Of a stretch of 64,000 nucleotides of DNA, positions 40,402 through 55,234 are shown one piece after another. This DNA comes from Octopus vulgaris (lineage: Eukaryota). Each line of letters starts with the position of its first letter. Positions within the stretch are counted from its first letter, which is position 1. The position numbers were made by a program, and so were the translations under genes. Location: assembly GCA_951406725.2 (NCBI GenBank), contig OX597818.1, forward strand, positions 90,148,001-90,212,000, read 5' to 3'. The notes beneath the pieces were generated by a model. The model saw only the letters and a program-made list of their open reading frames with translations, was not told the origin of the DNA and ran no database searches.

Positions 40402-41384
40402 ATCTATATCTATATCTCTCCCTATTTATATAAATATATATATATGGCATCTTCGGCAAGTGTCGTCTATTATAGCCTCATATCAACGAAAGCCTTGAAA
40501 GAAGCCTGTCGTGTATATATATATATATATATAAAATATATATATATACACATATATATATACGACGGACGTTTTTCAGTTTCCGCCTACCAAATTCACT
40601 GAAATTATAACTTCATCATGAAGGCTGCGAAACGGCCGTAATCCTAAGCATGACAAGGGGTTAAATAAATCTATTCACCTCGCATACCCTTTGATTTTAT
40701 ATATATATTCATGTGTGTGCCTTCTTTGTGTCTGTGTTTGTCCCCCAACCGTCACTTGACAACCGATGTTGGTGTGTTTACGTCTCCGTAACTTAGCGGT
40801 TCGGCAAAAGTCAGTATATAATAAACTGTTCTTTATGTCTGCATTAATACTAAAACTACGCATCATACAATATAGTTGTATATTGAAGAATCAATGCAGA
40901 TGAAGTACACAATGGTTGTACCAGTGCTTGAAGCAATGTTAAACATTGGTTTAACCTTCTGCTCTGGAGATTTCATTCATCTGCACTGAGTTTTAAATAT
41001 ACAGTTGTATTGTATAATGTGTAGCATTCGCATTAGTGCAGACATGAAGAATAATGTATTATGCACTGAAATTATTATTACATGATGTACGTTGCGAAAC
41101 GTCTATAAATCCTACAAATGCGATGGGGTTAAATAAATATATTCAACTCTCATACCTCTTGAATTTTCAGGACTTATATACTATTCATGACATAATTCCA
41201 TCGTCTGGATCTCCTGGATTTCAGGTGCATAGAATTCTGCATTATACTCCTTAGTGTGTAATAAATAGGTGGTCTGGTAGCCAGGTCCGCTAACGTGATA
41301 GCCATGATTCTATGAACCCATATCTGACGGTACTGATTTATATGTATATATGTATACATATATATATGTATATATGTATATATA

Positions 41385-41442
<58 letters not shown>

Positions 41443-41760
41443 GTGTGTATAAATAATATATATATCTGCGTGTATAAATATATATATACATATATACATA
41501 TATGTATACACACACATACATTCAACTGAGTTTATGTGGTAGAAGAATATACGTGTATATATATGTATATGTATATATATACGCGTATATATATACACAT
41601 ATATATGTATATATATAGATATTTATATATATATGTATACGTACATATGTATATATATATATATATACATATACATAATTAATGATAAAATTAATGATAA
41701 AATCAATTAATCATCTTATCAATGGCTAGTATGTAATAAAAACCATATAGGCAAACATGA

Positions 41761-41801
<41 letters not shown>

Positions 41802-41880
41802 TACATACAAATACATACATACATACATATATATATATATACATATATACATATGTTCATTTACATATACATACATATAT

Positions 41881-42108
41881 ATATAATTATAATTAAGGGT
41901 ACTGAGAAACACCACATACACGCTAGAGATAGACGTCAAAAGACTCTAAAAACCACTTCAAATTTCACTCCATTAGCAGAAAGCTGGGAGCAAGCTTTTA
42001 GCCATTTGCTAATGGAGTGTAATTTGAAGTGGTTTTTAGAGTCTTTTGACGTCTATCTCTAGCGTGTTGGTTGGTGGTGTTTCTTAGTACTCTTAATTAT
42101 AATTATAT
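41881..42108. repeat. ~230-bp foldback hairpin inside (TA)n
   Basis: CACGCTAGAGATAGACGTCAAAAGACTCTAAAAACCACTTCAAAT and its exact reverse complement; loop ~30 nt. Confidence 0.9.
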
Positions 42109-42109
42109 C

Positions 42110-42224
<115 letters not shown>

Positions 42225-42237
42225 CATACCCTTTTAC

Positions 42238-42638
42238 ACTTTTACTTGTTTCATTCATTTGACTGCGGCCATGTTGGAGCACCGCCTTTAGTCGAGCAAC
42301 TCAACCCCAGGACTTATTCCTTGTATGCCTAGTACGTATTCTAACGTTTTCTTTTGCCGAACCGCTATGGTACTGGGACGTAAACACACCACTATCGGTT
42401 GTCAGGCGATGTTGGGGGACAAACAAACACACAAACGCATATACACACATACATATATACATATATACATATATACAACGGGCTTCTTTTAGTTTCCGTC
42501 TACCAAATTCACTCACAAGGCTTTGGTCGGGCCGAGGCTATAGCAGTAGACACTTACCCAAGGTGCCACGCAGTGGGAATGAACCCGGAACCATGTGGCT
42601 GGTAAGCAAGCTACTTACCGCACAGCCACTCCTGGGCC
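42238..42638 (-). mobile_element. SINE family A
   Basis: Match to family A. Confidence 0.85.
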
Positions 42639-43400
42639 TATAAAAAATGACAAGCTGGCCAGTATGGAGATCGAACCCATGACTTTCGCGTTATTAGCCA
42701 CTCCTGCGCCTATATACATACACATACCACATATACCTCACATACACAGGAATACATAGATTCATATATATATATATACGTACATACATGCATGCATACG
42801 CACACACATACATACATACACACATACATACATACATACGTACATATATGTATATCACTCTGTAGCTCGCTCGCGCTTTCCCATTCATTCCTTTTGCTCA
42901 TCAATATGCATTCTCTCTCGCTTATCTCTTCCCCTTTCTGTCTTCACCTGTCTTGCGAATGTTTCGATACACAAAACATGCCTCAGGGTTACGTTTTTGA
43001 TAAATTACAGAATATTGCAGAAAACGATATACCAACATACCAACACACTAGATAAGAGGATTAGAACTCTAGCTCCCTTTCTCTCTATCTTTCCTCCACG
43101 TATTTTCCCATCAATTTATCTTCCCTTGTGTCTGTCTGACCTCTTCCTTATGCTGCGTATCACCTGCGCCATGTCAAAATGTGTTAATCTAATTCTTCTG
43201 AACTATAATGTATCTCCTGATGCATCAGTTGCTTCTAAACATGTGGCCTTGAAAACCCCAAAATCTGCATCATTTTTTTCCCTCTTCCACACAAACGATC
43301 CATTCCCTTTTTTTCTGTTCCTCGTCTTTCCCATTTCCCTCTTGTTGCATGACTGTTTCTGTTCCCCTCTCCACTTTCATACACGCACGCACGCACACAC

Positions 43401-43484
<84 letters not shown>

Positions 43485-44065
43485 ACACACACACACACAG
43501 AAATCATCCACACTCCTGTTGTAAACGACAAATATGGATTCCACAATTTTGTTGCTGAGCAACCTTCACCAATGGTTTCTTTATAGTTACTGAATCTTTG
43601 TACTGCACATAAACTCATTATTTCCGCCACTAGGACACTCGTCTTCACCCCAGCCACATACACAGGAACACGCTCACTCACACATACACACAGAGATACA
43701 TATACTCTCAGACACGCACATATATGTAGCTGTGGTTGTGTGGTAAGAAGCTTGATTGCTTCCTAACCACATGGTTCCGGGTTCAGTTCCACTGCCTGGC
43801 ACAAAAAGTACAAAAAAATGAATAAACAATATATATACTTATTACTTATTATATATTGCGTATTCATTTTTTTGTACTTTTTGTGATCTAGTTATACATT
43901 TTATAATATATTTTATTTTTTCTTGATGATTTGGTTTATGTCTATCATTGTTTGAATTACATAATAGTGGTTTTTCTCTAATTAATATATATTACATATT
44001 TATATTGCGAAATTTGATTTAATACTAAAATTGAATTTTTCCCTGTAAGTTTGGAATAATACTAA

Positions 44066-44122
<57 letters not shown>

Positions 44123-44189
44123 GTTTTTTCCTTCTTTCTTCAAATTTTCTTCCGTTTCTCGCCGAGTGTTTTCCATACACCCAGGGCAG

Positions 44190-44290
<101 letters not shown>

Positions 44291-44295
44291 TATTA

Positions 44296-44330
<35 letters not shown>

Positions 44331-44333
<3 letters not shown>

Positions 44334-45160
44334 TAGTTTTATTTTTATAGCGTGCTTTCACTTCACTACCGAGCGCAGCTCTGTGTGCCTTGGGTATGTG
44401 CTGTGATTTGTTGTGATGCTCTGATGGTTATTGTATGGAAAGTGTTCTGCGTAGGATGTGTGCAGTGCCTAGTAGTGCAATTTTCTGTATGTTATATGTG
44501 TTTGTAAGTCCTGGTGTTTTTGTTATGTATTTGTCTGAATATTTTTTTATCATGCCTAATGCACCTACTATGATAGGAATTGTTTCTGTTTTCAGATTCC
44601 ACATTCTAGTTACCTCTATTTCCAGGTCTTTGTATTTTGAGAGTTTCTCCATTTCTTTTAGAGACACGTTGTCATCTGCCGGTACTGATACATCAATTAG
44701 AAAGCATTTTTTTCTTCATGGTCTCTGACAACTATATCTGGTCTGTTGGCCTTAATTTCTCTATCTGTGTGTATCGGCATATCCCAGAGTATGGTTGCTT
44801 TCTCGTTTTCTGTGACCTTTTCTGGTGTGTGCCTATACCATCTTTTTTCTGTTGTTATTCCATAATGTTGGCATAGCTTCCAATGTATGTAGGTTCCAAC
44901 TCTGTCATGTCTGTGAATATATTCCTTCTTAGCCAGGACTGGGCAGCTAGAGATAATATGATTTATTGTTTCTTGTCCATCTCCACATATTCTGCAGTTA
45001 CTTGTAATATTTCTTTTCATTACATGTTTTTGGTAATTTCTGGTGGGGAGGCTTTGGTCTTGTGCTGCAATTAAAAATCCCTCTGTTTCTGCTTTGAGTC
45101 CTGAGCTTCTCAACCATTGCTGGGATTTTTCTTTGTCTATTTCTTTTGCGTTTAGTTTAG
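44331..45160 (-). mobile_element. 5'-truncated R4/Dong-like non-LTR retrotransposon inside (TAA)n
   Basis: CCHC finger (CRIC..HIISSC), RHD, RPDIVV, KLSKYKDL, IVGALG, LLGTAHILRR: a restriction-like endonuclease domain with one frameshift; (TAA)n on both sides. Confidence 0.9.
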
Positions 45161-45238
<78 letters not shown>

Positions 45239-45886
45239 TTGCTGGTGTTGACATGTAACAGATATATTGGCAGATGCATCCCTTTACTCTGGGAAAAGTT
45301 ATCAATATGGCATGTACATTACTTCTGCATAGATGAACAAGGTCAGCTGTAAACACACACATGCACATGTACACACACACACATACACACACACACACAC
45401 ATATACATACAGCTCCCCTCACTAGCACACACAAACATCAAGAAAGAGAGAGAGAGAGAGAGAGAGGAAAAGAGAGACACAGACGCATACTAACAGACAG
45501 ATTCCATGCACAAGTGGAGTAACACGCAATCATACACAGACATGCAGAGAAACCTTCAGACAGGCAGACATAACACAGGCACAGAGAGAAGTGCGCATGC
45601 TTATGCAGACACATGAGTACAGCAACAAAAACACTCTTCATTATAAGTCCTTCCATAGAACCAGCGTTTCAAGTTCCACGACTTTCCTTTTATATATTCA
45701 ATATATATGCAGACAGGGACTTTATATTTCATCACCGAATCTACAGCGAACGCCGCTCGATGGATTTGTATAGAAATACAAGAAGTGGTTTATTAATGCT
45801 GCTGGACTGCAACCCGTGCTAGGTCTGCAGGGTTAGGATTAGGGTGGAGGGAAAACGGTGCTTTTTACGCAGATTTGCGATATATA

Positions 45887-46049
45887 GGCGTAGGAGTGGC
45901 TGTGTGGTAAGTAGCTAGCTTACGAACCACATAGTTCCGGGTTCAGTCCCACTGTGTGGCACCTTGGGCAAGTGTCTTCTACTATAGCCTCGGGCCGACC
46001 AAAGCCTTGCGAGTGGAGTTGGTAGATGGAAACTGAAAGAAGCCCGTCG

Positions 46050-46122
<73 letters not shown>

Positions 46123-46331
46123 TTGTGTGTCTGTGTTTGTCCCCCCAACATCGCCTGACAACCGATGCTGGTGTGTTTACATCCCCGTAACTTAGCAGTT
46201 CGGCAAGAAACCGATAGAATAAGTACTAGGCTTACAAAGAATAAGTCCTGGGGGCGATTTGGTCGACTAAAGGGCGGTGCTCCATCATGGCCACAGTCAA
46301 ATGACTGAAACAAGTAAAAGAGTAAAAGAGT
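45887..46331 (+). mobile_element. SINE family A, full length
   Basis: Match to family A. Confidence 0.85.
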
Positions 46332-46653
46332 ATATGTTTTCAAGAATAAATTTTTTTATTGCGGAATCCTTTAATAACAACTGTGTAAAAATCTGAAGAT
46401 AGTAAATCTACATCTTTAGGCTTGGAAGCCCACTTGGAATTTTGAATAATGAGCGAAACATCAATTTATAACACATTTGCCGTTCCTCATTTTATTTTTT
46501 ATATTCAATTTTCTTTTGCAAAATCCTTTAGAGACAAGAGAGTTAAAATTTCAATCTCTCAAATTTATGCCTCCAGGCCCCGCATCCACTTGAAAATTTG
46601 AAATTACGTGAAACGAAGACACTTTTCGACTTTGTTTTCTTTATTATTTTTAA

Positions 46654-48139
46654 CTAGTTGGACCCGTGAAAAAATTCACGGATAATTTGAATATCGTCCA
46701 ATTAATAGTTATCATTTAATCAAAATTGTTTATTTCGCACTGTTTTGGTTAATGAATAATCTATTATTCTTTATTTTATATTTATTAATAATATAAGTAA
46801 ATATTAAGTTATTATGTGAAAGTGTATGTTAAATACATCCGTTACAGCACTTCTCTATATACAATATTTCTAGTTCAGGTGATTCCCCTTCTGTGACCAC
46901 GAGTGGATTCGTTTTGAGGTATTACTTTAACCCTCACACTCTTCATCGCCCTTGCTCTTGAAAAAGCTACGTAAAGCTGGCCATGAGTGAAGCATGGCTG
47001 TGGCAAAGGTGTGCCAACTCTATCGAATGCTTGTCCCTTTGCTTTATTGATTCTCATAGAATAGTAGAGACGAACCGGGAACTGAGTCCAATGCAGGACG
47101 AATGGAATGTTTGCATCACTTGGAGTAAGTTTGATTCTTGGAATCAGTACTCTCGTGTGAGAATGAGATCCACTTATAATTAACGTTTCGATGCTATACT
47201 CGTGGAGTTGAAGTACTTCCAAACGAGTTCCGTTGCTTAGACCTTGTGTTATAGAGAAGTTTCTAAGAGGCATAATAATTGCCCCAAATTTTAAGTTAAG
47301 ATGATGTGGAGGCATTCCAGAAGGTGTAAGAGAGAGTTTATAAAGTCCATGGGATAATTCTGGGCTTTTTCTTCGTTATCAGAAGTTACTGAGTCAGTGC
47401 TTAGATTTATCTTAGTTTCAGTCAGTGGACAATCTACTTAGAATTTCTTCATTTACTGCTAAGCTGTCCAAATGTTTAGGGGATAATATCACTCTATATT
47501 TCATTTCTTCTGCTGTAAAATAGTCGAATATATCAGATACCAAAGAATTGTTACATATGCATGCTTCAAGAATATAAAAGTATTTTCTGCGAGATTATCA
47601 AGAAAGCTTTGAAGAAATCCACTTCCAAGTTGTAGTAGCCACCTCGAAAAATCTGTTTCATTTATATTTGTTCTCATGCTTTGTGTAAGCTGAATTTGAT
47701 GAAAACACAGAAGAGCGTTTGAGGCAGGCATCAAGTACAGCTGCAGGAGGAGCTCTGGGAAACAGCTAGAAGAACTAGTCTAAAATCTCCTCCATGTGTG
47801 ATAATTTCCCCACCAAATATACTATTATTATTCATAATATCTCTTAAACAATTATCTATAACTTTCAAAGCATAAACTGGTATCATTGAAGCTTCGTTAA
47901 TAATGAAAACTTTTACTCGCCTAAGACTGTTTCCTTAATCAGAATTTGGTGGAACCTTGCACACACTTGTTTCACTCAAAGGAACTGGAAGCTTGAATAT
48001 ACTGTGAAGAGTTTTACCACCTTTCAAGCGTGTTGCAGCAATGCCAGTCCAGAAGCCAAGGGAAATAATTCTAATTTAATCCTGACTTATCTCCCTTAGT
48101 GTGACAAATACCGACGGTACACGTGTATTAATATATAGA
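46654..48139 (-). mobile_element. Internally deleted Helitron with both termini and a PIF1-helicase remnant
   Basis: 5' A|TCTATATATTAA; 3' hairpin CCGTGAA-TTTT-TTCACGG then CTAG|T; motifs LRN..GLSNGTRL, QFPVRL..INKAKGQ, FTHGQLYVAFSR. Confidence 0.92.
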
Positions 48140-48845
48140 TATTAGGTCACCGAATATATGTTTTACATGAGGTCTAGATTACACACACATTAAAATGAAT
48201 TAAACAAATTGTCAAGATTGCAGCAGAAAAGATAATTCTTCTTTGGCAAAAGGTATCCATCTCTTGTGTTACGATTGAGTCAGTTAAACTGAAAATTTTT
48301 AACTTTCCTTTGCTGACGTAGAAGGGCGACTGTGATCTGGCCGATTCTTTCTAATAAAGCTCCGAAAGTTTTGTTAAGATACGGCTTGATCTATGCCGTC
48401 AATGATCATTTTTCAATTTGTTCGTTGATCCTGTAAAAAACCTTGTTCTCTCTGTGGTATTTTTTGTCTCAACTACAACTTCAGTTTTTGTATGTGTTTA
48501 TGTTCGTGTGTCTTTGTTTGTTCCTCAACAACATCGCTTGACAACCGATGGTGGTGTGTTTACGTCCCTGTAACTTAGCGGTTCCGCAAAAGAGACCGAT
48601 AGAATAAGTACTAGACTTACAAAGAATAAGTCCTGGGGTCGATTTGCTCGACTAAAGGCGGTGCTCCAGCATGGCCGCAGTCAAATGATTGAAACAAGTA
48701 AAAGAATAAAGAATAAAGAGTTTACTTACATACACACATACATACATACATACATACATACATACGTACGTACATGCATGCATGCATACATACATACATA
48801 CATACATACATACATACATACATACATACATACATACATACATAC

Positions 48846-48876
<31 letters not shown>

Positions 48877-48896
48877 CATACATACATACATACACA

Positions 48897-49238
48897 TGTC
48901 GATTTTGAGAAATTAGGCTTCTCAACACCAGAAAGGAGAAAGCTGATTCAAAGATTACAGATCCAAGCCATCATTCGAACGGCAAAAGATTGTAAAACGT
49001 TCCACAAGTTTACTATTTAAGTATATCTGCGCATGTCTAGATATGCAAATATATGCATGAGAATACATACATAAAACAAAATATACAAATCTACAGATGC
49101 ACTGACTTCAAATACTGCACTCATACATACATAAATACCCTGTTGATGTTGAAATTCCAATGAAGGAGTCTTGTTTCTAGGTTAGAAAGCGACTCTTTCT
49201 CTATTGGCAGTAAATCTTGAAATAAAATTGAATAATGA
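48897..49238 (+). mobile_element. Probable 3' end of an RLE-type non-LTR element inside (TACA)n
   Basis: DFEKLGFS..RKLIQRLQIQAIIRTAKDCKTFHKFTI*, then ~220 nt UTR; (TACA)n on both sides. Confidence 0.55.
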
Positions 49239-50105
49239 CATACATACATACATACACACATGCATACATACATACATACATACATACATACATACATACA
49301 TACATACATACATACATACATACATACACATATATACATACATACATACATACATACATACATACATACATACATACATACACAAGGCTCTTAGTTCTAA
49401 CCACACCGAAGGCGATATCTACAATTATAGATCTTTAAACACATTAACAAAATAAATATATCAGTCGTATTTATTTTGATTGCATCGCCAACATAGCTAT
49501 TTTGAAGTGTTCATGTAGGTCAACTAGAGTGCAAAATAGGTCTTTATTTAAAATTTCACGGGGCTATATTTAGGTTATAAGACTTTTAATTAAATCAACC
49601 TAAATATGTCATTGGAACTAAATAAGTTGAACGATGCAAACAGTTACCCACACATTAAATATTTTTCAGTATCCAGCTTCGCCCTTGTACATTCTGAATA
49701 TAATTCTCGCTTTTCTAATTTAGTAATGAGAACGGAGGTCAAAATATAGTGTGTTATTTGTTCTAAATCTCTGTCTTACGTGTATAAAAGTAATCGTTAT
49801 GTTATAGAAAACGACGTTATCATAAATAATTCAATAAAAAAAGAAGCAGTGAAATGGGGAAGAATCAGATGATTAATACCACTCTGTTACAGGTGATAAG
49901 TTTAATCAAATGGACTCACCAGCGTTAGAGGTCATCAGTTGTGTATGAAAGAAATATAAACGGATGTAAATGTGTGAATGAGTCGCCAAATATGTAATCC
50001 GGTTGCAGGTAAAATGAATAAGCATTTTACTTGTTGTATATAATATAAAGTGTATTACTGGAACGTTACAAAAGTCGCTTTTGGATTACAACAGATACAT
50101 GTGTA

Positions 50106-50386
50106 CGAGGTGCGTTCGAAAAGTATCTGATATTATTTTTCCAGCCAAAAGTAATGCTTTCGGCAAAACAATGCTCGATGCGGTCGGTGAAAACGACAAT
50201 CCGAAGAGCACGCACTACACGTCTGTACTCTAGGCGTAGCAGCTGGAATTGGCCGGGGCTACCGGCGCGGAAATTTTCAAGCATGCGCAGGAAGGTTGGC
50301 GTCACCTCCCGCTGAAAGGATTTTACCCACGCAGCATTAGTTTTGGCGGGGATAAATGAAGTCGAATACTTTTTGAACGTACCTCG
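50106..50386. mobile_element. Mariner-derived MITE
   Basis: TA|CGAGGTGCGTTCGAAAAGTAT ... ATACTTTTTGAACGTACCTCG|TA. Confidence 0.8.
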
Positions 50387-52680
50387 TATCTACTGCAAAA
50401 AATGTGAAACTGCATAATCTGTGTGAGCAGCTTATTTATAAGGAAATTGCATGATTGAATGTGTGTAATAGAGACAGTCAGACTGGTTGGACAGTTAGTG
50501 GTAACTGCCCATTGAATTCGTTATGTTGTGGTTGACGAAGATGGTGGTGTTGAAGGAGTGTTGAAGGAGTATTGAGGAAAGCCTAATACGCCGGGCTGTC
50601 ATTGTGACGCTAGCGGATGCAGTAAGCCTCCCTTCTATGGATCGAGAGCAAAGCATGATTTCTCAGCTGAAGTTTCAATCCCAAAAATTGGTCCCCAGAA
50701 AATGGTTTCAACTCTTGTTTCAGCATATATTAAGGAGTTAAGTTGATGGGCTATAAGACGGAAGTCGCAAAATTCCAAACAGAACTAAACAGAATGGATG
50801 AAACGTTGATAACTAGAAAAATACAATAACAAATCGAGATCCACTAGAAATCAATCGAAAGTTTGGCAGACAGAATTTCCACGAGCTTTTACTACTTCTG
50901 ATAAAGAACATCATAATTAGAAATATATTTTTTAATGAGTATACGAAAAGGCATACATCAAAAGATAGATATGGTGCAAAAGCAGAATATAAATCTTAGG
51001 TTCCTCTCGAGAGAATCGAAAATATGAACTGCTTTATACGCGAATGTGCAATGAGCATGTGCATGTGTATGAGAGACACTAGTTATCGTATTGCGTATAC
51101 AGTTGAGAAAATATTCAAGTGGTTCTAAATATGATTCAGTATAATCATTCATCATATTGACACAGCTGTCAATCAGTTTTCAATGACTGAATCTGAAAAG
51201 AAAGGTTGCTAATTTTATTCAATGTAGGAGCAGTACTTCAGGTGATATTTAGTTGATGAAGAGCAGCGTGCTTGTAGAATCGTTAGCACCTCAGGTCAAA
51301 TGCTAAGCGGCATTTAGTCCATCCTTACGTCCCGGGTTCAAATTTCGCCGAGTTCGACATTGCCTTTCATTCTTTCGGGGTCGATATTATAAGGACCTGC
51401 TGAGAACTGGGGTCGATATAATCGACACTCTGGTCCCTTGAACTTGGTGGAATTGTGTCAAAATTTGAAACCTATACTTGGGTGGTGTCTTGAAGGAAGC
51501 GTAGAGGCTAAGTGTATTTAGTGATGCGGTCGTGAGTGATTGCTGAGGTAAAGGAACTACGACAGTTTGCAATAGACTGTACTGGGTGCGCTGAGGTAAC
51601 TGAACTTTTCCTGTGTTACTGTGCGGTCGTATATAATAGATGCAGAAGGATTTACAACTAAAAGAAGCCGAGCAGAAAGTGCATACTGGGTTCTTTATCA
51701 AAATGCAACCCATCACCAATACTAGGCGATGGTAATATGTTTGGCCAAATTATGATGTTAAGCGAGCTCAGTAGCGAGGTCTGTGAAATTTCTGGCCAAC
51801 ATGGCACATAACCAGTATCCCAAATTTGAAAATTGTCATAAATTTAGAGCTTCGTTTTGACGCATCTGGAACCTAAATTGCTAAAGACATGCGTGGAAGA
51901 ATGCATATGCGATGTTCCTGTATGCATATACGATGCAGTATTGTTGAAGCCATGGAGGAAAGCGCGGTAAAAATTGAGTGACCGAGGAAAGCATTCATGC
52001 AAAAAAAAAACAGTTAGAAATAATCAACGAAATGCATAACAATGTGAGGTTTGAGTATGTCATAAATGGTGAATACGCGAAATTCCTTAATCAATTATGT
52101 GTAATAAATTGCTTATTGGGGTGATGCTTTGGGCATATTTTAATCACATTGTCGGCAGTGTATCTATGTTTCAAATGTGTATGTGTCCTTAAAAATCAGG
52201 AAATTCGTAAACATCAGTTCAATGAAGTTTGTGCTTTCTTTTATTATGTCATCTTTTATATTTGTTTTCAGCCTTTCAGCAGTAATGTAGTACACCTACT
52301 AACGCTTTTAACGGTGAATGGAATCTCAACTCCTTTTGATCATTTTATATCAAGACTAACTAACCGAGAGTTAAATATCTAGGCCAACAGTGTTTAAACT
52401 CATCTAGCTTGCGGGCTTGATTGAAGTATAAACTAGATTTCATTGGCTCCATACATACAGTTACTCACAAATCCCTATTCATAGAATAGACCGATGTAAA
52501 TAGATAAAGGGGTCAATATATACGATAACGAATTTATCAAGAATAAACAAGGAGAGAATAAGCAAAATATTGTGCAAAAATGCGTGAGAAAGTTCATCGA
52601 CATGATTTAGGTGTATATAGTCGTAATCAGCAAAAGTCATTTGAATGAGAACGGAAGCAAAAACTATCGAAATGAATGTA

Positions 52681-53246
52681 TTGAGTTGTCCGGAAAGTTC
52701 GTGCCGATTTTTAAAGGAAAGAAAAAGGTCAATAAATACTTGCCATTACATTTTTAATCAACCAAATATGAACCATTTTGCTGCACAACGCGCCTCCATC
52801 TTTCCTTTAACTAGAAAATATCCTCTTCTCAGAATTGAGGTGGTTTCATGGCAAAGAATTCATCAAGGTATCTTTTTACATCATCCAAGGAATTGAAATT
52901 TTTACCATTGAGACTATTCTGCAGAGACCTGAATAAGTGAAAATACGAAGGAGCAATATCTGGTGAATATGGAGGATGGGGTAACATATCCCAGCCGAGC
53001 TGCAGCAATTTTTGTCTGGTTCTCAAAGCATCAAGTGCCGAAAATGAACTTTCTTATCTTCCATTTTAAAGGGTTACAGAATTAACACAGGTTATAGGAA
53101 CATAAACCCTCTTCCACGAAAGGATAGCTTAAACTGTGCTCTAAATGGAGGTGTAGTCAAATCCTATTTTATGGACTCAACCATATTCTAAAATAAGTCG
53201 AAATGTAAGCTACTATAAATCGGCACGAACTTTCCGGACAACCCAA
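52681..53246 (-). mobile_element. Internally deleted mariner
   Basis: ~30-bp TIRs TTG(A/G)GTTGTCCGGAAAGTTCGTGCCGATTT with TA TSD; HPPYSPDIAPSYFHLFRSLQNSL. Confidence 0.9.
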
Positions 53247-55028
53247 TATATAATTCTCGAGAAAACCGATGCTTGTCAGAAAGCTTGCATTGTTTTAGTT
53301 GCAAGACTTTTAAATATCACTCTTAGCTATAGAGTCCTTTCAAATAAAGACATGTGTAATTTTGAAGAAAAAGAAATATCTTTCGTCATGTCTGCAAGCT
53401 TTTAGTTCATAGTTCATAAACTTTTTAAAGCATTGGCTGAGATAACAAAAGATTCTCCAAGGTGCGCTGATTTGACTAATAAGAACCGGTGTTAATCGCA
53501 GTAAAAACTGTAACAGATCTATCGATATATATTTCACAGAATGATTAAAATTAAAATAATAATAGCTTTTTAAAAATATTATCTAAAGTCAGAGTAAGTA
53601 TTTCCACGGCCTGGACCACCTCACGGGCACAATTTTTGACAGCCCCTGATCTGGGCCATTATACAGCACAATGTTAATGTCAGGATTCCATCTTTATTAA
53701 TTCGGATAATTTTAATTCTCTAAATGTAAATATACTTCAATCCAATACCACTGGGTTAAGTCGGAATAAATCTACATTTACTATACACCACATTTGGATG
53801 ATCGAGGCACGTAGTATACTATTAATCAGTCGAATGTGTTTCCCGGTTTTGATTCCAAGTAGCAGGTGTTTCGCTTCACTAAATTTACTTATCCTGAGAT
53901 AGCTTGAATGTTAAACCGTAGATGTAGCACAAAGACTTCATAAAAATGTATGTTTAAGGCATAATACGTTGAAAAATTTGGTAGCAGTGGTAGCGTGAGG
54001 TTAGAGAAGTTAGAACATGTAGAATATCAGCTGTCTCGCAGTCGGTACTTCAGGTATCGGACTTTCAATCCTATCATGGAATGGGATGTATTTTTAAGTC
54101 ACTAAATTTAAGTGACTTTGAAAGCATGGCTATTAGACGGTAAATATAACACATTTGGGCTTAATACAGATATGTGTGTGACGCAGAATACTGAGAAAAA
54201 TTTGGTAGAGATGGTAGAGGACTGTAGATTATGCGACTGTCTCACATTTGGTACTTCAGATATCGGCATTTCGATCATATAACAGAATATGATACTTTGG
54301 CTTCGAATTTTGGCACAAGGCTAGCAATTTCAAGGAAGGGGATAAATCGATTACATCAACCCCAGTGTTCAACGGGTACTTTATATTATTGACACCGGAC
54401 GGAATAAAAGCAAAGCTGACCTCAGCGGCATTTGAACTTAGAATGTAAAGACGGACGAAGTGCCGATATACATTTTGCCCGGCGTCATAACGATTCTGTC
54501 AGCTCGCTGCCTTTAGAATTGGATACATTGTGAATTAATTTAATTGATTATACATCCTCCAGCCCCCTTAATTCATAGTTCACATCCAACTGAGACCAAC
54601 AGTATTTATAATGACCATAATATCAATAATTTACATAAGCAAATCTAATGAGCAAATTATAAATACCTTATCATACACAACAAGAACCTTGTACAGTTGT
54701 GAAAAATAACCTTCTAGATTATAACACACAAAATGTATGTTCGCTCTTTCAGGCGGTGTAATGAACTATGCTTCAACTTGACCAATTCCGAACAACCTAA
54801 GAGTAATGAAACCACGTAAGTAAACGTAGATATACTACCATATTTTGCTTTTTACTTTTAATGTAACTGAATAAATGCATGCAAATATTTACTCTGCATA
54901 GTTTAGTGTTAGTTTCGTATTAAAAGCGTTTATTTATAATGCAATATCACGTAATGTAAATCTCTCATAACCTCCAACGAGTTTTTTGAAAAGCCATGTT
55001 ATTCTACTTTTTTGTTCAGAGGAAACAG

Positions 55029-55107
<79 letters not shown>

Positions 55108-55183
55108 CATGTGAATATGTATGTATATATATGTGTGTGTGTGTGTGTATACATGTGAATATGTATGTATATATATGTATATA

Positions 55184-55234
<51 letters not shown>

